From positions 1-64,000 of the forward strand of contig JAHLWZ010000811.1 of the NCBI GenBank assembly GCA_020536535.1: 64,000 nucleotides of DNA. Direction: 5' to 3'. This DNA comes from Pelomyxa schiedti (taxonomy: Eukaryota > Protista > Evosea). The notes under the pieces were generated by a model. It ran no database searches. It was not told the DNA's origin and saw only the letters and a program-made list of their open reading frames with translations. Within the stretch, counting starts at the first letter, position 1. Each line of letters begins with the position of its first letter. A program made the translations under genes and the position numbers. This document shows positions 43,574 through 56,144 of this stretch, in pieces.

Positions 43574-45978
43574 TTATTTCTTGGGCAGTGTCAGCTGGGA
43601 TGGCCTGTAGAAAAGAGGGAACTCTTCAATTGGTGTATCAACCGTGACCCATTGTCCAGAGAGAAACGTGGCATTTGAGAACCAATAGTACCACAGTTCT
43701 CCAGAGGATAACTGTGGAAGATAGACATCCCAGGATGACGCAAGGTATGTAGTAACTGGAGCCACGAGGAAGGCTGGTCCAAACATGTATTGTCCATCCA
43801 CCTGAAGGTGAAATATGAGATGAAAAGGGGAATAGAATGATACCTTTCCATCATTGGCTGTGCACACTGAGTCACTGGGGAACTCTAGAAACATAGGCCG
43901 GAGCATTGGGAGCCCAGTATCGGCAGCCAATTGGTTAATTTGAACTACATACGGTCTCAGAGATTCACGCAGTAGCATCACAGTCTGTATTGCTGTATAA
44001 TGGTGCTCCTCCTGTGCCAGTGTCCACACTTCGTTATCCCCGTTGGTTGGTCCGCATTCATTTGCTGCTGGACCGCCTGCACGGTGCCCGTGTAGCCGGA
44101 ATAGTGGGCAGAAAGCACCGAATTGGAACCACCTGACAATAAGATCTTGGAAGACAGGGTCACTTGGATCCCCATTGCTGTATCCGCCGATGTCGGTTGT
44201 CCAGAGAGGTATTCCACTCATCGCCACCCCTTGGGCGACGCGAACCTTCTTGACATTAGGTTTTTGAATACATAACAAGTTCACACCTGCAACCAAAATT
44301 CGTCGAATGTGGACTGTATATCTCCACTCCATAAAGCTGTTGAGTACTGCCATGTCCCAACCCATGCACTCCGTGCAAGAAACAGGAAGTCAGAGGGTCC
44401 ATAACCTTGAGCCAGCATGCCATTAGACAAGCCAAGTATATGCTGCTGAACCCAGGCTTCGCCAACCTGGATGTCAGAACCTCCTGCAAAGTTCCAAACA
44501 TCGCTGCTTGCCTGCCACCTCTCTGGCTCTGCAGCATCCAGCCAGAATGACCGAAAGCCATATTTCCCATAGCCTTCCCACATCCCATTAGCTGTCGCTT
44601 TCTGTGCCCCCAAATTGAATTCGTCAATTAAATAGTATCCATTGTCAAATGGCATCAATTCTTGCGATGCCCCATATGTTGCCAGATAGTCTTGTGACTC
44701 GAATTCGCTCCAGTGAGTGGAATTCTCTGACTGAAATGGCCAAAATGTAACCATCGGTTCAACCCCAGCTGCTTTGATTTCATCAACCATTCCCTGTGGG
44801 TCGGGCCTTTACGCTGTCAAAGAACTGCATTGGATGGCTTGTACACACCAACATAGCGGATTGAAACTCCAATCACCTGAAAAGTAAATTAATCCTCGGT
44901 AAAATCCTGTATTCAGTCTTATAATAACCTTGGTTAACCCAGTGCTGCCAATCAATCACGATTATCTACTAATGTTAGCTCTCACAGCAATACACAAGCA
45001 AGTTACTGATATGGGTAAGTTCCTTTCTATGTAACCATACATTACATCCAGGAGTTGCTGCTGGTCTCTGTACCTGTCCTTGCACTGAATGAACCCTTTT
45101 GTTTTTATTTACTCCCCAAGAAGGTGAAGAGTGTTTGTCGGAAAACCTGTGGTGTAATAAGGCATAGCAGGAGAGTGGCCAACAGCATTAACGAGGTGAT
45201 TCATGAGAGATGGGTATGGTGTCCCCACATTCTCTGCGGTAACTGTTGTTATCCAGAAATCTACAACCTGGGTCGATTCCGAATACCACTCAATTCCAGC
45301 CTCTGATACATTGACATGCCCATAAGAAGCCAAATCCCACATAAAGCCATATCCAAGGCTAGAAATATACCACGGTATAAACACATCACTCCCAGATGAC
45401 TGGGAGTAAAGTTGACTGTGCTAACCAGTTAATAAAAAATACCAGTGGAAAAAAAGGGTAGCAAGACCTGTCCTCAAAGTTTTTAAAGAATGATGGAAGT
45501 AAATTGACTCTCCCAATTCTGTGTTCTCCCAGACCATAAATTCCTTCAGTAGCGATTCCAGAAGGAGCAAAAGATGCCAAGGCTGTGAAAGAATTATCTC
45601 CCTATGTAGACCACAAATTAGGAAGCGCAGTTAGTCCAGCAAACAAACCTGGCTTGTGAAAGAAAGCGCAGTTTGCTTCAAAAGAGTGGCACCATCACTT
45701 ATCCTCTTGGCAACAACGAGACCAGTGTCAGTATCAATTTCGACGTACAAGTTTCCATTTGTCACACTCGTAACGGTAGCAGATCCGGGCGGCGCGTCGA
45801 CACCAGACAAGGGCAACAAGGGGCAGTAAGGCGTAGTGTAGATCTCAGATCCGGCCGGAGAAACACGCACCCTTACCGAGTTGTCAGTCCAGGGCTCGAG
45901 AATAAATTCTCCTTTACATCTACTGCTACTGCACAGGAACCCAATCAACACAACAAACTGCAACCACCCAGTCGCCAT
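43574..45978 (-). CDS. Secreted glycoside hydrolase family 31 (alpha-xylosidase/alpha-glucosidase-like)
   Basis: Signal peptide; MPYYTTGF, WPDPQGMV, nucleophile motif FWLDAAEPE, acid/base motif LWSGDI, WTTDIGGY, RWFQFGAFCPLFRLHG, QYMFGPAFLVAP. Confidence 0.92.
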
Positions 45979-46379
45979 CACGGCTGTTGAAAAGACACAC
46001 TTCACTTGCTTCGCAGAAAACCTCTTCAACTGAACTTGCCTCAAGAGTCCCTCCGGTGCTCTTCCTGGGTACTAGTACCTGTGCATTAGACAATACACTC
46101 AATGTGGGGGGGAGTCCCCCACAATGGCTTGTGGGAACAGGAGAGGCCGGTGAGAAAACCAACCAATCAAAACAAAAATGCAGTCGAGTACAACGAGCAA
46201 GGCCACGGGGAGGTGCGTCGTGATCGAGGCAGGCGTGTTCAAAAAGTTACCCATTCCCCAGAAATTGGGTGTTGATTATCAACGGCAGTCCAACTTTCAG
46301 CCTTCGTCATTCTGCTACGGTACTCGACCCTAATCTCTTCTTGCCCTGTTGATTGGTTGATGGGTTTTTCCCGAAGTCC

Positions 46380-47378
46380 TGTGTGATTTATTGAATGGGC
46401 TTGCAAACATTTGTGTTCTAACGCGAACGTAAAAGCACTTGTGGAGAGGAAGGGAGACAGAGGCTGTGATGTCAAAGAGCACAAAATCGAGTACGACTCT
46501 GCCACTCTCCTCAACAACGAGCTGAGGGTCGAAATTCCTGATCACCCTCGTGCTGCCTTAATACAGTATTGGTACAAGTAGGTATTCTTGTTTCCTGTAG
46601 TTTTATTATTATTATTATTATTATTATTATAACCAAACACCCAAGGTATGTAGCAGTTTTTTTATTTTTGATGTGTGAGAATTTTGTTTATAACTGAAAA
46701 GGTACCCAGTACTTTTGGAAGGCTTGTTAGAAATTCAATCTAAATTCATTAACACGGAAACTCACTACTGCCGCTTTGATGACCCAAGTGGAAAACTTGT
46801 GCACCTCCCTGTTTCTTGGTGTTATGTCAACCCCCCTCTTCCTCAAAATGTGTGTTTTAGACAGAACGCTACCGTTGTTAATACTTTACCTAGGAACAAA
46901 CATGTCGAGTTTCTATTGAGCAGACATCAGCCCCTCGTTTCAGTTTGGTCAACTCCAAGATTGAAGTGAATCTCTACTTCACCTTTTAACAACCTCTGGG
47001 GTATTATCTTAATATAAGTAAAAGTCTATCATCTACGGATTTGTGCCAGAAGCAGAATGCTCTGGGGATATGCAGAATCTCGCTTGGTATGAAATCAGCA
47101 GGTAACTCCTTTTTTTAAAAATTACTTTCAGGCGTGATGTTAATGGCAACTTCTGCATGGAAGGGCTACTTGTACCTCACCTTAGTGGTGGCAAGCGGGT
47201 AAGTTCACAAACCCAAACCAAACCAACACACAAAAAAATCCAGGTTCAGGGATTTATGATTGATCTGTGGGTTCATGTACCACTGGGTTCCAGATGCATT
47301 TTCCGCATAATCTACCGCTCTGGTACTTCAAGTCAGCTTCTGGAAAGTCCCTCTTTCCTGACAGCACCCTCTTCTTGA
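46380..47378 (+). CDS. Hypothetical multi-exon protein (start uncertain)
   Basis: Protein-like exon pieces (KIEYDSATLLNNELRVEIPDHPRAALIQYWYK; HYCRFDDPSGKLVHLPVSW; FMIDLWVHVPLG..) bounded by GT/AG. No family recognised. Confidence 0.35.
46603..46630 (+). repeat. (TTA)n microsatellite, probably intronic
   Basis: Direct reading of the sequence. Confidence 0.9.
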
Positions 47379-47466
47379 AGGCACAAACAGAAAAACTCCA
47401 ACAAAGTGTGTTTTGGGTTTTGGTAAAAAAAAAGACAACAATTACTTCTTCATCCATTTTGAACGT

Positions 47467-49037
47467 TTACTCCTGGTCGTCATCGTGGCCATGCTCTAGC
47501 AACCAGTTGGCGGTCAAGTTCTCATTCTTGTCACAAGCAAAAAAGGCTTGCATAACAGTAGTCCTGGAAAAACCCAATGCTTCCAACTGGAATTTCATAT
47601 GAGAAAAAATACAAGGTTGATACTGGTTACCCGTTCTATGGCTGCCCTTTCTTCTGCAGTAACTTGAACAGAACTATTGAAAAAATGTCAGTAGAGCTTG
47701 CTGAAGAGGAAAACTCACCCCCTGGGCATAGCAGCTTCACCCCCTGTGGGTGCACCACCGGTGGCCCCACCAGTGGCCCCACCAGTCCCTGGGGATGTCT
47801 CTCCCATTATACGCAGGAATTCAGCTTGATTCTGTTGGATAAGTTGCAAAATATCCGGACTTGTTCGTGCAAGGGAAGCGATAGCGGGTTGCATTAAACG
47901 GGGGTCATGTTGAATCATATCGCGCATTGTTAAGAATTGTGGATCATTGCGCAAGAAGTCAAGTGGGCCACCACGACCACCTAAGAGAAAGGAAGAAAAA
48001 ACCGTGATGTGCAGAGGGAAGCATACTTCCAGTAGGGCCTCCTGTTGCTGGGACGCCACCAGACCCACGACCTGATAGATGTTATTCATAATAGATTTGG
48101 AAATGAGAATACCTCCACCAGGCACGGTACCAGGAGCTGTGGCTGGGATGGGAGTCCATGCTGGTGTCGGAGTTGGAGTTGCTGGAGTTATTGGAGGTGC
48201 TGGAGTTGCTGGAGTTGGAGTGGGTACGGTGGGAACAGACGGGGTTGTGGGCTGAGCACGAGGGGCGAAGCCAGGCATTTCTGGGACATTTGGAATACCC
48301 TCTCCCTGTAACAGAATCACTGAATGTTGAAGGAATATGAACATACAGATGTCAAGTATTCCACAGCCCTATCGGGATTGTGATAAGCAGCCCTAAGTGC
48401 CTTTATAACCATGTCACGCTCAAAACCCATATCACAAATACTCTTAATGGTGTTCTCGTAATCACTTCCCATTACAAGCTGATTACCTTGCCTGTCACAT
48501 GTTTAAAGTGAATTATTAAAGCGAGAGCTTACTGTGCAGCGGGTGACGAAACGGGCGTAGAAGGAGGCGCTGTAGTGGGGGGAGGAGAAGGTTGAACAGG
48601 GGTAGTAGGGGGAGGAGGCTGGGCGGGGGTTGTTGCTGGAGTTGGGGTAACGGTCGGAGTGGGGGTGGGTGTTGCAATTGGAGTGGGAGTGGGAGTGGGC
48701 TGAGCAGGGGTGGGCGTAGGGGCATCAACGGGCTAAAGAAGTTAGACAAAAGTTATATCTCACTACAACCAACCTTCTTAACCATAAGTACAAGGAAAGC
48801 ATTGTCGGTAACGCCTTGTTCAACGAGGGTGCCATTGTTGTCCAATATTTTGCCAGCAAAAATCAACTTTTGCCAAGAAACAGGGAACGATTGCTCTCGT
48901 TCAATTCTCTCTTTGATCTCGCTCACCTTGCGCCATAGGTCATGTGACGTTAAGTGAAAGAAGTGCAGTACCTTGACCGTAGGTTCCACTTCCAGCGGGA
49001 ACTCCTTCTTCTGCAACGTCTTTATCGTGATCTTCAT
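47467..49037 (-). CDS. RAD23: UV excision repair protein RAD23 (UBL-UBA-XPC-binding/STI1-UBA)
   Basis: [23 protein letters not shown] (UBL); Pro/Ala linker; [28 protein letters not shown] (XPC-binding); [26 protein letters not shown] (UBA2). Confidence 0.95.
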
Positions 49038-49210
49038 CTAGGTTGTTGTCCGGTTACGCAACACTACCGAGCTTTTTTTTATTTTTTTTTTTTATTTTTT
49101 GAGAAATCAGCTCCAGTCACTCGAGATCTCAACTGACCTTGAAATCTTAGTACACCATTGCCCTGCGCAGCGCTCAATGACAACCCCTGCATTCTTTTCA
49201 TATCTTCCCA

Positions 49211-51079
49211 TCACAAACAAATGGCAAAAGTGAAAATAGCTTTATTCACGTCTTTTGGGTATCGAGAGGGGTTGTCTTTCTTGATCCTGAGGTCTTGGTG
49301 GTGATTCGGTTTATGTTTGGCAGACAGAAAAGTGATTCTGTCCGCGTTCAGTCCTTTGTGGTCCAGAAAAGAAGGGACTTGGATGTGGTGCATGTTGAAG
49401 TGATTGTAGTTGGTGACGACCACGTCATGTGTGTCTGTGGAATCGGATCTGTGGGGTCGGGGTAAAAACCCAGAGAAGTTAGAATGATGGGAGGGAAAGA
49501 TTTTGGGATGGAAACACACAGCCGTTGAAATAGGTAACCTCTTTGAGATACGGCACTGAGTAGACGTGAATTGAGGGGCCTGTGTGGGTGTGAGGGATGA
49601 GTGAGAATTCTTAGAGTGAAAATTTGGTACCGAAAAGCACTGCTATGGCATCATTACTAGGGGAGAAGCTGAGAGAAATTGGGGGAGGAAGGTCTGCTAT
49701 GGATATGCGTGTGATTTCCTTGGCCGACTCCGAAGAGGGCGCCGTGTACGGCACTGTGGAATTGAGTGTGCCGAATAACCTTTATGTAAGGCGCTTACCA
49801 TTTACATTCCACAAACGAAGAGTTCCATCTCTACACAAATGAGAAATAACGAAAATTAAGAGACATTATACTTGCTGGCTGTAGCGAAAAGTTTGCCATC
49901 CAAGCTGAAATTTCCACAAAGAACTCCCCTCTGCAACAATTAGTAATATTCAGGGAATTCTCAACTACAGTATGCCCAAGGGCCAACAAGGCTTTCTCGA
50001 TTTTGTGGAATTCACCAGTTGGGCTCGACTGAATACCCCAAATCTGGTCATTTGTGAGGGAAGTTACAAGTTTCAACTGATTGGGTGCACCCTCGTATCG
50101 GGCATTTCTGCAAGTACACACAAAAATTTGCTGCAAGAGCAAACACTGTTTGGCAATGAATAAGAGGGGAGTGGATTTCAGGCAAGTACAACCTGTTATT
50201 TGATAGCTGGCACGGATTCCACTTATGCAATACATCTAAGCTTGTACTCCATAACTTTACACAAGTTTCTTTTAGAAGATTAGAAATGTGCACAAACAAG
50301 AGAAACATGCCATCACAGGTGACAACAACACTGTTAGAGAGGAAATGGAGAGTTCTAAGAGATGAGTGTCCTGATGGGGATGAGGCAGTTTTGTTGAAGG
50401 CGGATGCTTCTTTCTGATGTAACAGTCAAACAAAGCAATAAGAAGTGTAAATTTTGGCTCACGGTATAAATTTCCAGCTCCTTTGTGAAGGCTTTGTAAA
50501 TGGCAAGGTAAAAGCCGTTTGCAGAAATGGCAATATTAGATACAGTGTCATTCCCAAGACCGATGGAAGTACCACTATACATTACAGTAAACAAGTGCCC
50601 AAAGCAAGAAAGTAGAAAAGCCAAACAACAAACAACAAAAATGCAAAAAGCCACCTCTTTGGGTTTTCAGAAAGTACAACTGTTGCGGTGCCGTCAGCGC
50701 AGGCAAACGCAAGGAACTTGGCGCCAACCGACGACGCCATGCACGACACGTAGTCCGAGCACGGCACCGCCGCCTGCAGCCCCAGCGCCGTCCACATCGC
50801 GGGCGCAGCCTTGGCGTGCGACGACGACGACGCCTTGTGGTGGTCCTGCTTCTTCTTGGCCGCCGCCGCCGCCGAGGTTTTTTTGGCCGGCTCTGCGTCG
50901 GTGGACTTGGGGTGCTTGGAGGACGCCGACGCCGAAGACGAAGACGAAGCCGCGGACTTGGGTTTTGGCTTCGAGGAGTTGGGGCTGCGCGACCGTTTGG
51001 TGCGGAAGAAGGCCAAGTAGAGCAACGGCACCGCCAACAGAACGCACAAGCACGCGCCGCCGATCAGTAACACGTTCAT
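49211..51079 (-). CDS. Membrane-anchored WD40/beta-propeller protein, TBL2-like (3' end approximate)
   Basis: N-terminal TM (LLIGGACLCVLLAVPLLYLAF) plus a Lys/Ser/Ala linker, then WD-like blades (VSCMASSVGAKFLAFACADGT; VSNIAISANGFYLAI). Confidence 0.6.
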
Positions 51080-51909
51080 GGGTCACGTTTCTTTACCTGA
51101 AATTTGGGTTTTCTCTAAGCAGACTGAGGGGGCAAGAAGCAGTCGAAGGCTTTCCGTCAAAGTCAACCCTGAAAGGTTCCGGCACATGTGAATCGTGATC
51201 AAGGGGGTACACCGCTGAGCCGTTGTGGAAACTGGATTTTTTTCTTTGTTGGGCCAAGCCCCTCATGACGAACAGGAAGAGAAAGGACATAACCGCACCA
51301 AGTTCGTGATTTGCGCAACTAAAGACCAGCCGATGCGCAGACATGGAAGCTAACTAAAGTTGCACTTGAGCCCACCCGACCTCCCTAAAAGCCATCTGAG
51401 ATTGCCCGGAAGGAAATGTGGCACCGTACCCATCCATACCGGGAAGGCAGGGATCTCTCGCACGCCGAGAAAATCCTCGAAGTTCGGAATTTCGCGCGAA
51501 CCGAGACGGAAAACACAAAAAAAATACACAAAGGCAACATCAAAAACAACAACCGCGCACAACACCCGTGAGGTTCCGCGCCAAAAAAAACATCAAAACA
51601 GCACTCCAAAGCGAAACACCAGAATTATTATAATCCCACTGCATAAATCCACCACCCACAACAACAAACAACAACATACACCTCCCAACGCCTCCAACCA
51701 CCGCCAACCATAAAAAACCAAGAAACCAAACCCCCCAAACCAATTTTTTTTTTTTTTTCAAGACGCATCCACACCCCCAGTCCACCGAATTTGCACCAGG
51801 GCCCATATCTGGGTCCTGTCCAATCCCCACATCCTCTGGTTCATCTCCTCCGCCTCCTCCTATTCAGCAACAACAAACCCAATCTCAGCAACAGCAGCAG
51901 GCAATTACA

Positions 51910-53473
51910 ATGACCTCCACAATTACTGTAACTACTACAACAACTACTACTACTTCCAGTACCACTACGGACAGCACCATCCCTGTTGATAATGTTCAAG
52001 GCATTCAGGCTACAGACACGACCTCTACGACTTCCTCTTCTACTATTGGAACTGCTCCTCCTCCTCCTTCTTGTGCCTCGCAGAATGTCACAGCACAGTC
52101 CGCCTCGTGCTTTCCAGTTTCCGTGTATACCTCGGACTCTTCCTCGGGGTCTACAGTTGCAATCAGATCGTCCTTTTCGGAGCCTGAAGACTGGCCCGCT
52201 TGGTTCCCAAAGTCGGCTTCCGAGAGGTTGCTGTCCAAGGTGCAGACACATAGGCACAGACACTCCACTAGCTCTTCTCGTTCTCACACTACTACTACAA
52301 CAAATTCACAAACCTCTAGTTCGTCCACTACTGCAACTCCCAATTCTCCCTCGCACTCACACTCCTCATCACACAGCTCGTCCTCTCGAAGTTCTTCTTC
52401 GCATGGGTCACCATCTTCCTCTTCACACACTTCGTCCTCTCACTCATCACATTCAACCTCTTCAACAACCACTCCCTCACACTCCTCGGCTTCCCCTACA
52501 TCAGCTTCCCATTCTTCAGCATCATCCCACAGCAGTGGCAAACACCATTCGCATCACCGGTCCTCACACGGCCCCTCACATGGGCCAGCGCGGCCTGCTG
52601 ATTTCGCACGCCGCATGTTTGGGGATGACAAAGGCACCCCTAATGTATCTGTAGAATGGTATCTGGGGCGCATTGTGCAATATAGTGGCTCTACCTTCTC
52701 CTCTATGGTGGCATCCGTAGTGCTCATAGAGCGTGCTTTGGACTCTAACCCCGATTTCCGGCTGACCAATGGAAACATACACCGTGTTGTACTCGCAAGG
52801 TATGCAAATTTAACCCACCACAAACTAGATTTAACTCTCTTCTCGCAGTGTCCTGATCAGCTCAAAGTTCTTTGAAGACCAGTTCTACCCCAACTCTTAC
52901 TATGCACGAGTAGGGGGTGTCAGTGACCAGGAAATGAACGAACTTGAGCTGGCCTTTCTAGCCCTCGTCCGCTTTGATCTGTATATCACCACAGCCCAGT
53001 TTTGCATCTACGAACGAGAGCTCACCAGCAGCCCCGACCTCAGCTCTGGTGCAACTTCCACCCCACCGCCGTCCCCGTCAACGCCTCCGCCCACGTCACC
53101 CCCAGCACATGATGATGATGACGAACCCCCACCGGGAGACCAGAATCAGAATCACCATCCAAACCCAGATCAGAATCAGAATCAGGATCAGAACCAGGAT
53201 CAGGACCAGACGCAGAACCCACCGCACTATCACGATCATGACCACCACAGCCACAACCGCAACCACAGCCATAGCCACAACCATAGCAGCAGTAATACCC
53301 GCAACCACACCACAGACACCAGCACGAGCGTAAGTTCTGTTGGTGATTGTTCAGCAAGAACCAGTTGTTTGATGGCCACCTGTGGTGACACATGCTTTGG
53401 TCATACAGTGGTCCCTCAACCTTCATCCTCAAGAGGGGCACACAGTGTAATAACTTATCTAAATGTTAATTGA
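51910..53473 (+). CDS. Pho80/PCL-type (CYCU/P) cyclin
   Basis: PNVSVEWYLGRIVQY, LTNGNIHRVVLA..SSKFFEDQFYPNSYYARVGG..EMNELELAFLALVRFDL form a Pho80-family cyclin box. One intron; long Ser/Thr/His-rich flanks. Confidence 0.9.
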
Positions 53474-53775
53474 ACAATTTTTTTTTTGAATTTGTGTGTT
53501 CCCAGAAAGCAAAAAAAAAACTTGCTTGGGTCGCCCAGCAAAGCTGCATCCAATGTGGCCAAGGATTGGCAAAATGGTCGGGGCACTTTAATGCAACCCA
53601 TAATTAGACAACACCCAGGGTTTGCTCGAACTGCCTGTTTACAAGAATACAGGTCATACCACTTATGATGATTTAAGTATATGACTCCCAGTGATTCAAT
53701 TTCATAACCTTTCTCCAACTGAGGAGACTTTTTTTAATTGTCCAGGCCACATTCGTTAATCATAGATAGATGCTA

Positions 53776-55886
53776 TCAGTTATTATCATCAGGGTCGGCA
53801 GTCATAACTGGTTGCTCCTCCGGTGATGCCACTTGCTGGGCTCTTTTGCCTCTGTTTGTATTGATGAAGACTGCAGCCACTGCAGAGCAAACAGTAAAGC
53901 CACAACATAACATAAAGACAGCCTGGTATTGGTAATGAGGGAAGATAGGAAAACGAGAAATCAAAGTGTACACACATTGTATCCTGTCCTGGAATAATGT
54001 TCAGTTTCTTCAGAAGAAAGTGATGCTGATGTTGAAGATGACGGAGATAATGCTGACAATGAAGACGACGAGGATGAGTAAACAGGACAACTTGTTGAAG
54101 GTGTGTTGAATGCCTCCAACATAAAGCCTTGGTAAATGTTTTAGGTTTTTCTTTTATTCACTCAGACATACCAACTATTACTTGACTCAATGTCGTTCCA
54201 CAAATCATCACAAGGGTGCCCATTGCCATATATTTTCCACTAGCAACTTTCGACGGTAACGTGTCGCAAGTTACTGCGTAAGACAACTGAAATCACCAAT
54301 GAGAGGAGCCAAAATGAAGGGAGCTACCGTCCGGAAAATTCCGTTCCCAATTCCGTATCCCGTTGCTACAAAGGTGAGATTGCAACTAGGAGGTTAAAGG
54401 TGATATACCAACCACATACACCCAAGTCATATCTGGTACAACTGCGAAAGAAGCCAAGGCAACAGCAACAATAAACAAGGCAACGAGTATTAAGGGTCTT
54501 CTTCCAAGCTTATCACTAAGTGGGCCTGTTGGGAGAGCGGCAACAAGAGAAGCAAATAATGAGATCAATGAAAGAATTGCTGTAACCTTCATCAACAGTA
54601 AGTGCAAGGTGAAAAATCGCAAGAAAATACAGAGGCTGGTTCAGGTGCGCAAATTATATCTCCGATCCAATATTGGAGATAGACCATAACAGATGCACTC
54701 ATGAAAAAGCATCCTCTGAAGGATGTTAGCCTATATCATTGTTATCGGTACCAATACCCCATAACAAGTGAAAGAAGGAAATCGGGGTGCTTTTTTGGTG
54801 AGAATCTTCATCAATATAAGCAGAAAGGGAGATAAGACTAAGTGCACACAGATAGGCCTTGAAAAAGTCTCTAAAAGCGAATACAGATGCCTGGCATCCA
54901 TTCTTGATTTTTCGTGCCACTTCATTTCCCTGTAACTTATAAGTGATCCATATTTCTGTTGTATTGCAGACCTCTTGGATTTCACCTTCCTCACCCAAAA
55001 GTCTTTTTCCTTGGATAGTTGAATCCCTCAACTTCCACTGTTTTTCTTTTGCAAAAATTATTGTTGGTACAGTAAATACGATGAGGACGATGATGTATAT
55101 AATACAAATAACAGTAGTAGGCAGCGCAAATGCTGCAAATGAATAGCCTGTGTGATTGTTGGAAGGTCAAATTGTAGTTTAGAGTGACCTATGGCACTCC
55201 CTAAAAGGGAATGCGTAGTCATTAAACCAGAGGCCAATCCGTGTTGTGATTGTGGAGTAAGATCTGGGAGTAAGGCAGACATGACGGAGGTACCAAGTGA
55301 TAAGCCTGAAATTGCAATCATGTAGCTGTTGGTAATTGAGCAAATGGGCTGTTCAGCAAAGTGCTGTTGAGAAAGAGAACCCTGTGATGAGAACGCCAAC
55401 GCTTTCGGCAACAGACCCAATAAGGAAGCCAAACACCCCTATAATTGCTATTACTGTTGCTATCAGAATAAAGGGACGCCGCCGGCCTAATGGAATTGTG
55501 AACCATTGTACAAGAGAACCCCACAATATATTTTATACTAGTCTCATCAGGTTGTGAGCTATGTAATTTTACCTAATCTAGATGTGCAGGTATCACTCCA
55601 GTAGACAACAATAATGCCAGTCAATGAAAATATAATGCTAATTCCACCCACAATTGAAACAAGTGCAGCCGCGCCAGTCGGCTGAATCTCCCTGATTTCC
55701 AAGGGCAACAAAATCGAAGCCAAACTGGGGGGAAAAAAACATGCAGCAGGTTAACGCCGGGTCACCCAAATGGAAGAACGTCATCAAAACAAACCTGGTT
55801 TGAACCACTGCATAGCCAAACATCCAGGACATGAAAAGCAAAATGATGTACCATGACTTGGGCTCAACGTCACTGTGCTTCTTCAT
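53776..55886 (-). CDS. MFS transporter, SLC45/sucrose-carrier-like
   Basis: PLGRRRPFIL in the N-half, LSDKLGRRPLIL in the C-half, LLPDLTPQSQHGLASG, and multiple TM exons. Confidence 0.85.
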
Positions 55887-56144
55887 CCCCCTTTTCTGTT
55901 TTTTGGCGAAATTGGCAAGCACTTCTTGATTGTCGTTATTGGTTTGTCGAGTGCCTGAACGAGCCAGCTCAAAGACCCATCTACACAACGGAGCAGAGAG
56001 AGAGCCCCTCAGAGATTCGATATTCCATCTCCCCGGAGGTCGTGTCCGCCTAGGAAAGAGAAGAAGAAATGCAGAGAAGTCCCACAATCCCGAATAAGAG
56101 AAAATCGGTGCTACTATTCGGCTCCGGTCGAGGAGAATTTTTCC

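Noticed and set aside
46103-46122. 8-bp GC hairpin TGTGGGGG-GAGT-CCCCCACA upstream of the GH31 gene
   Set aside because: Too short and isolated to distinguish from chance, and bacterial-type terminators are not expected here.
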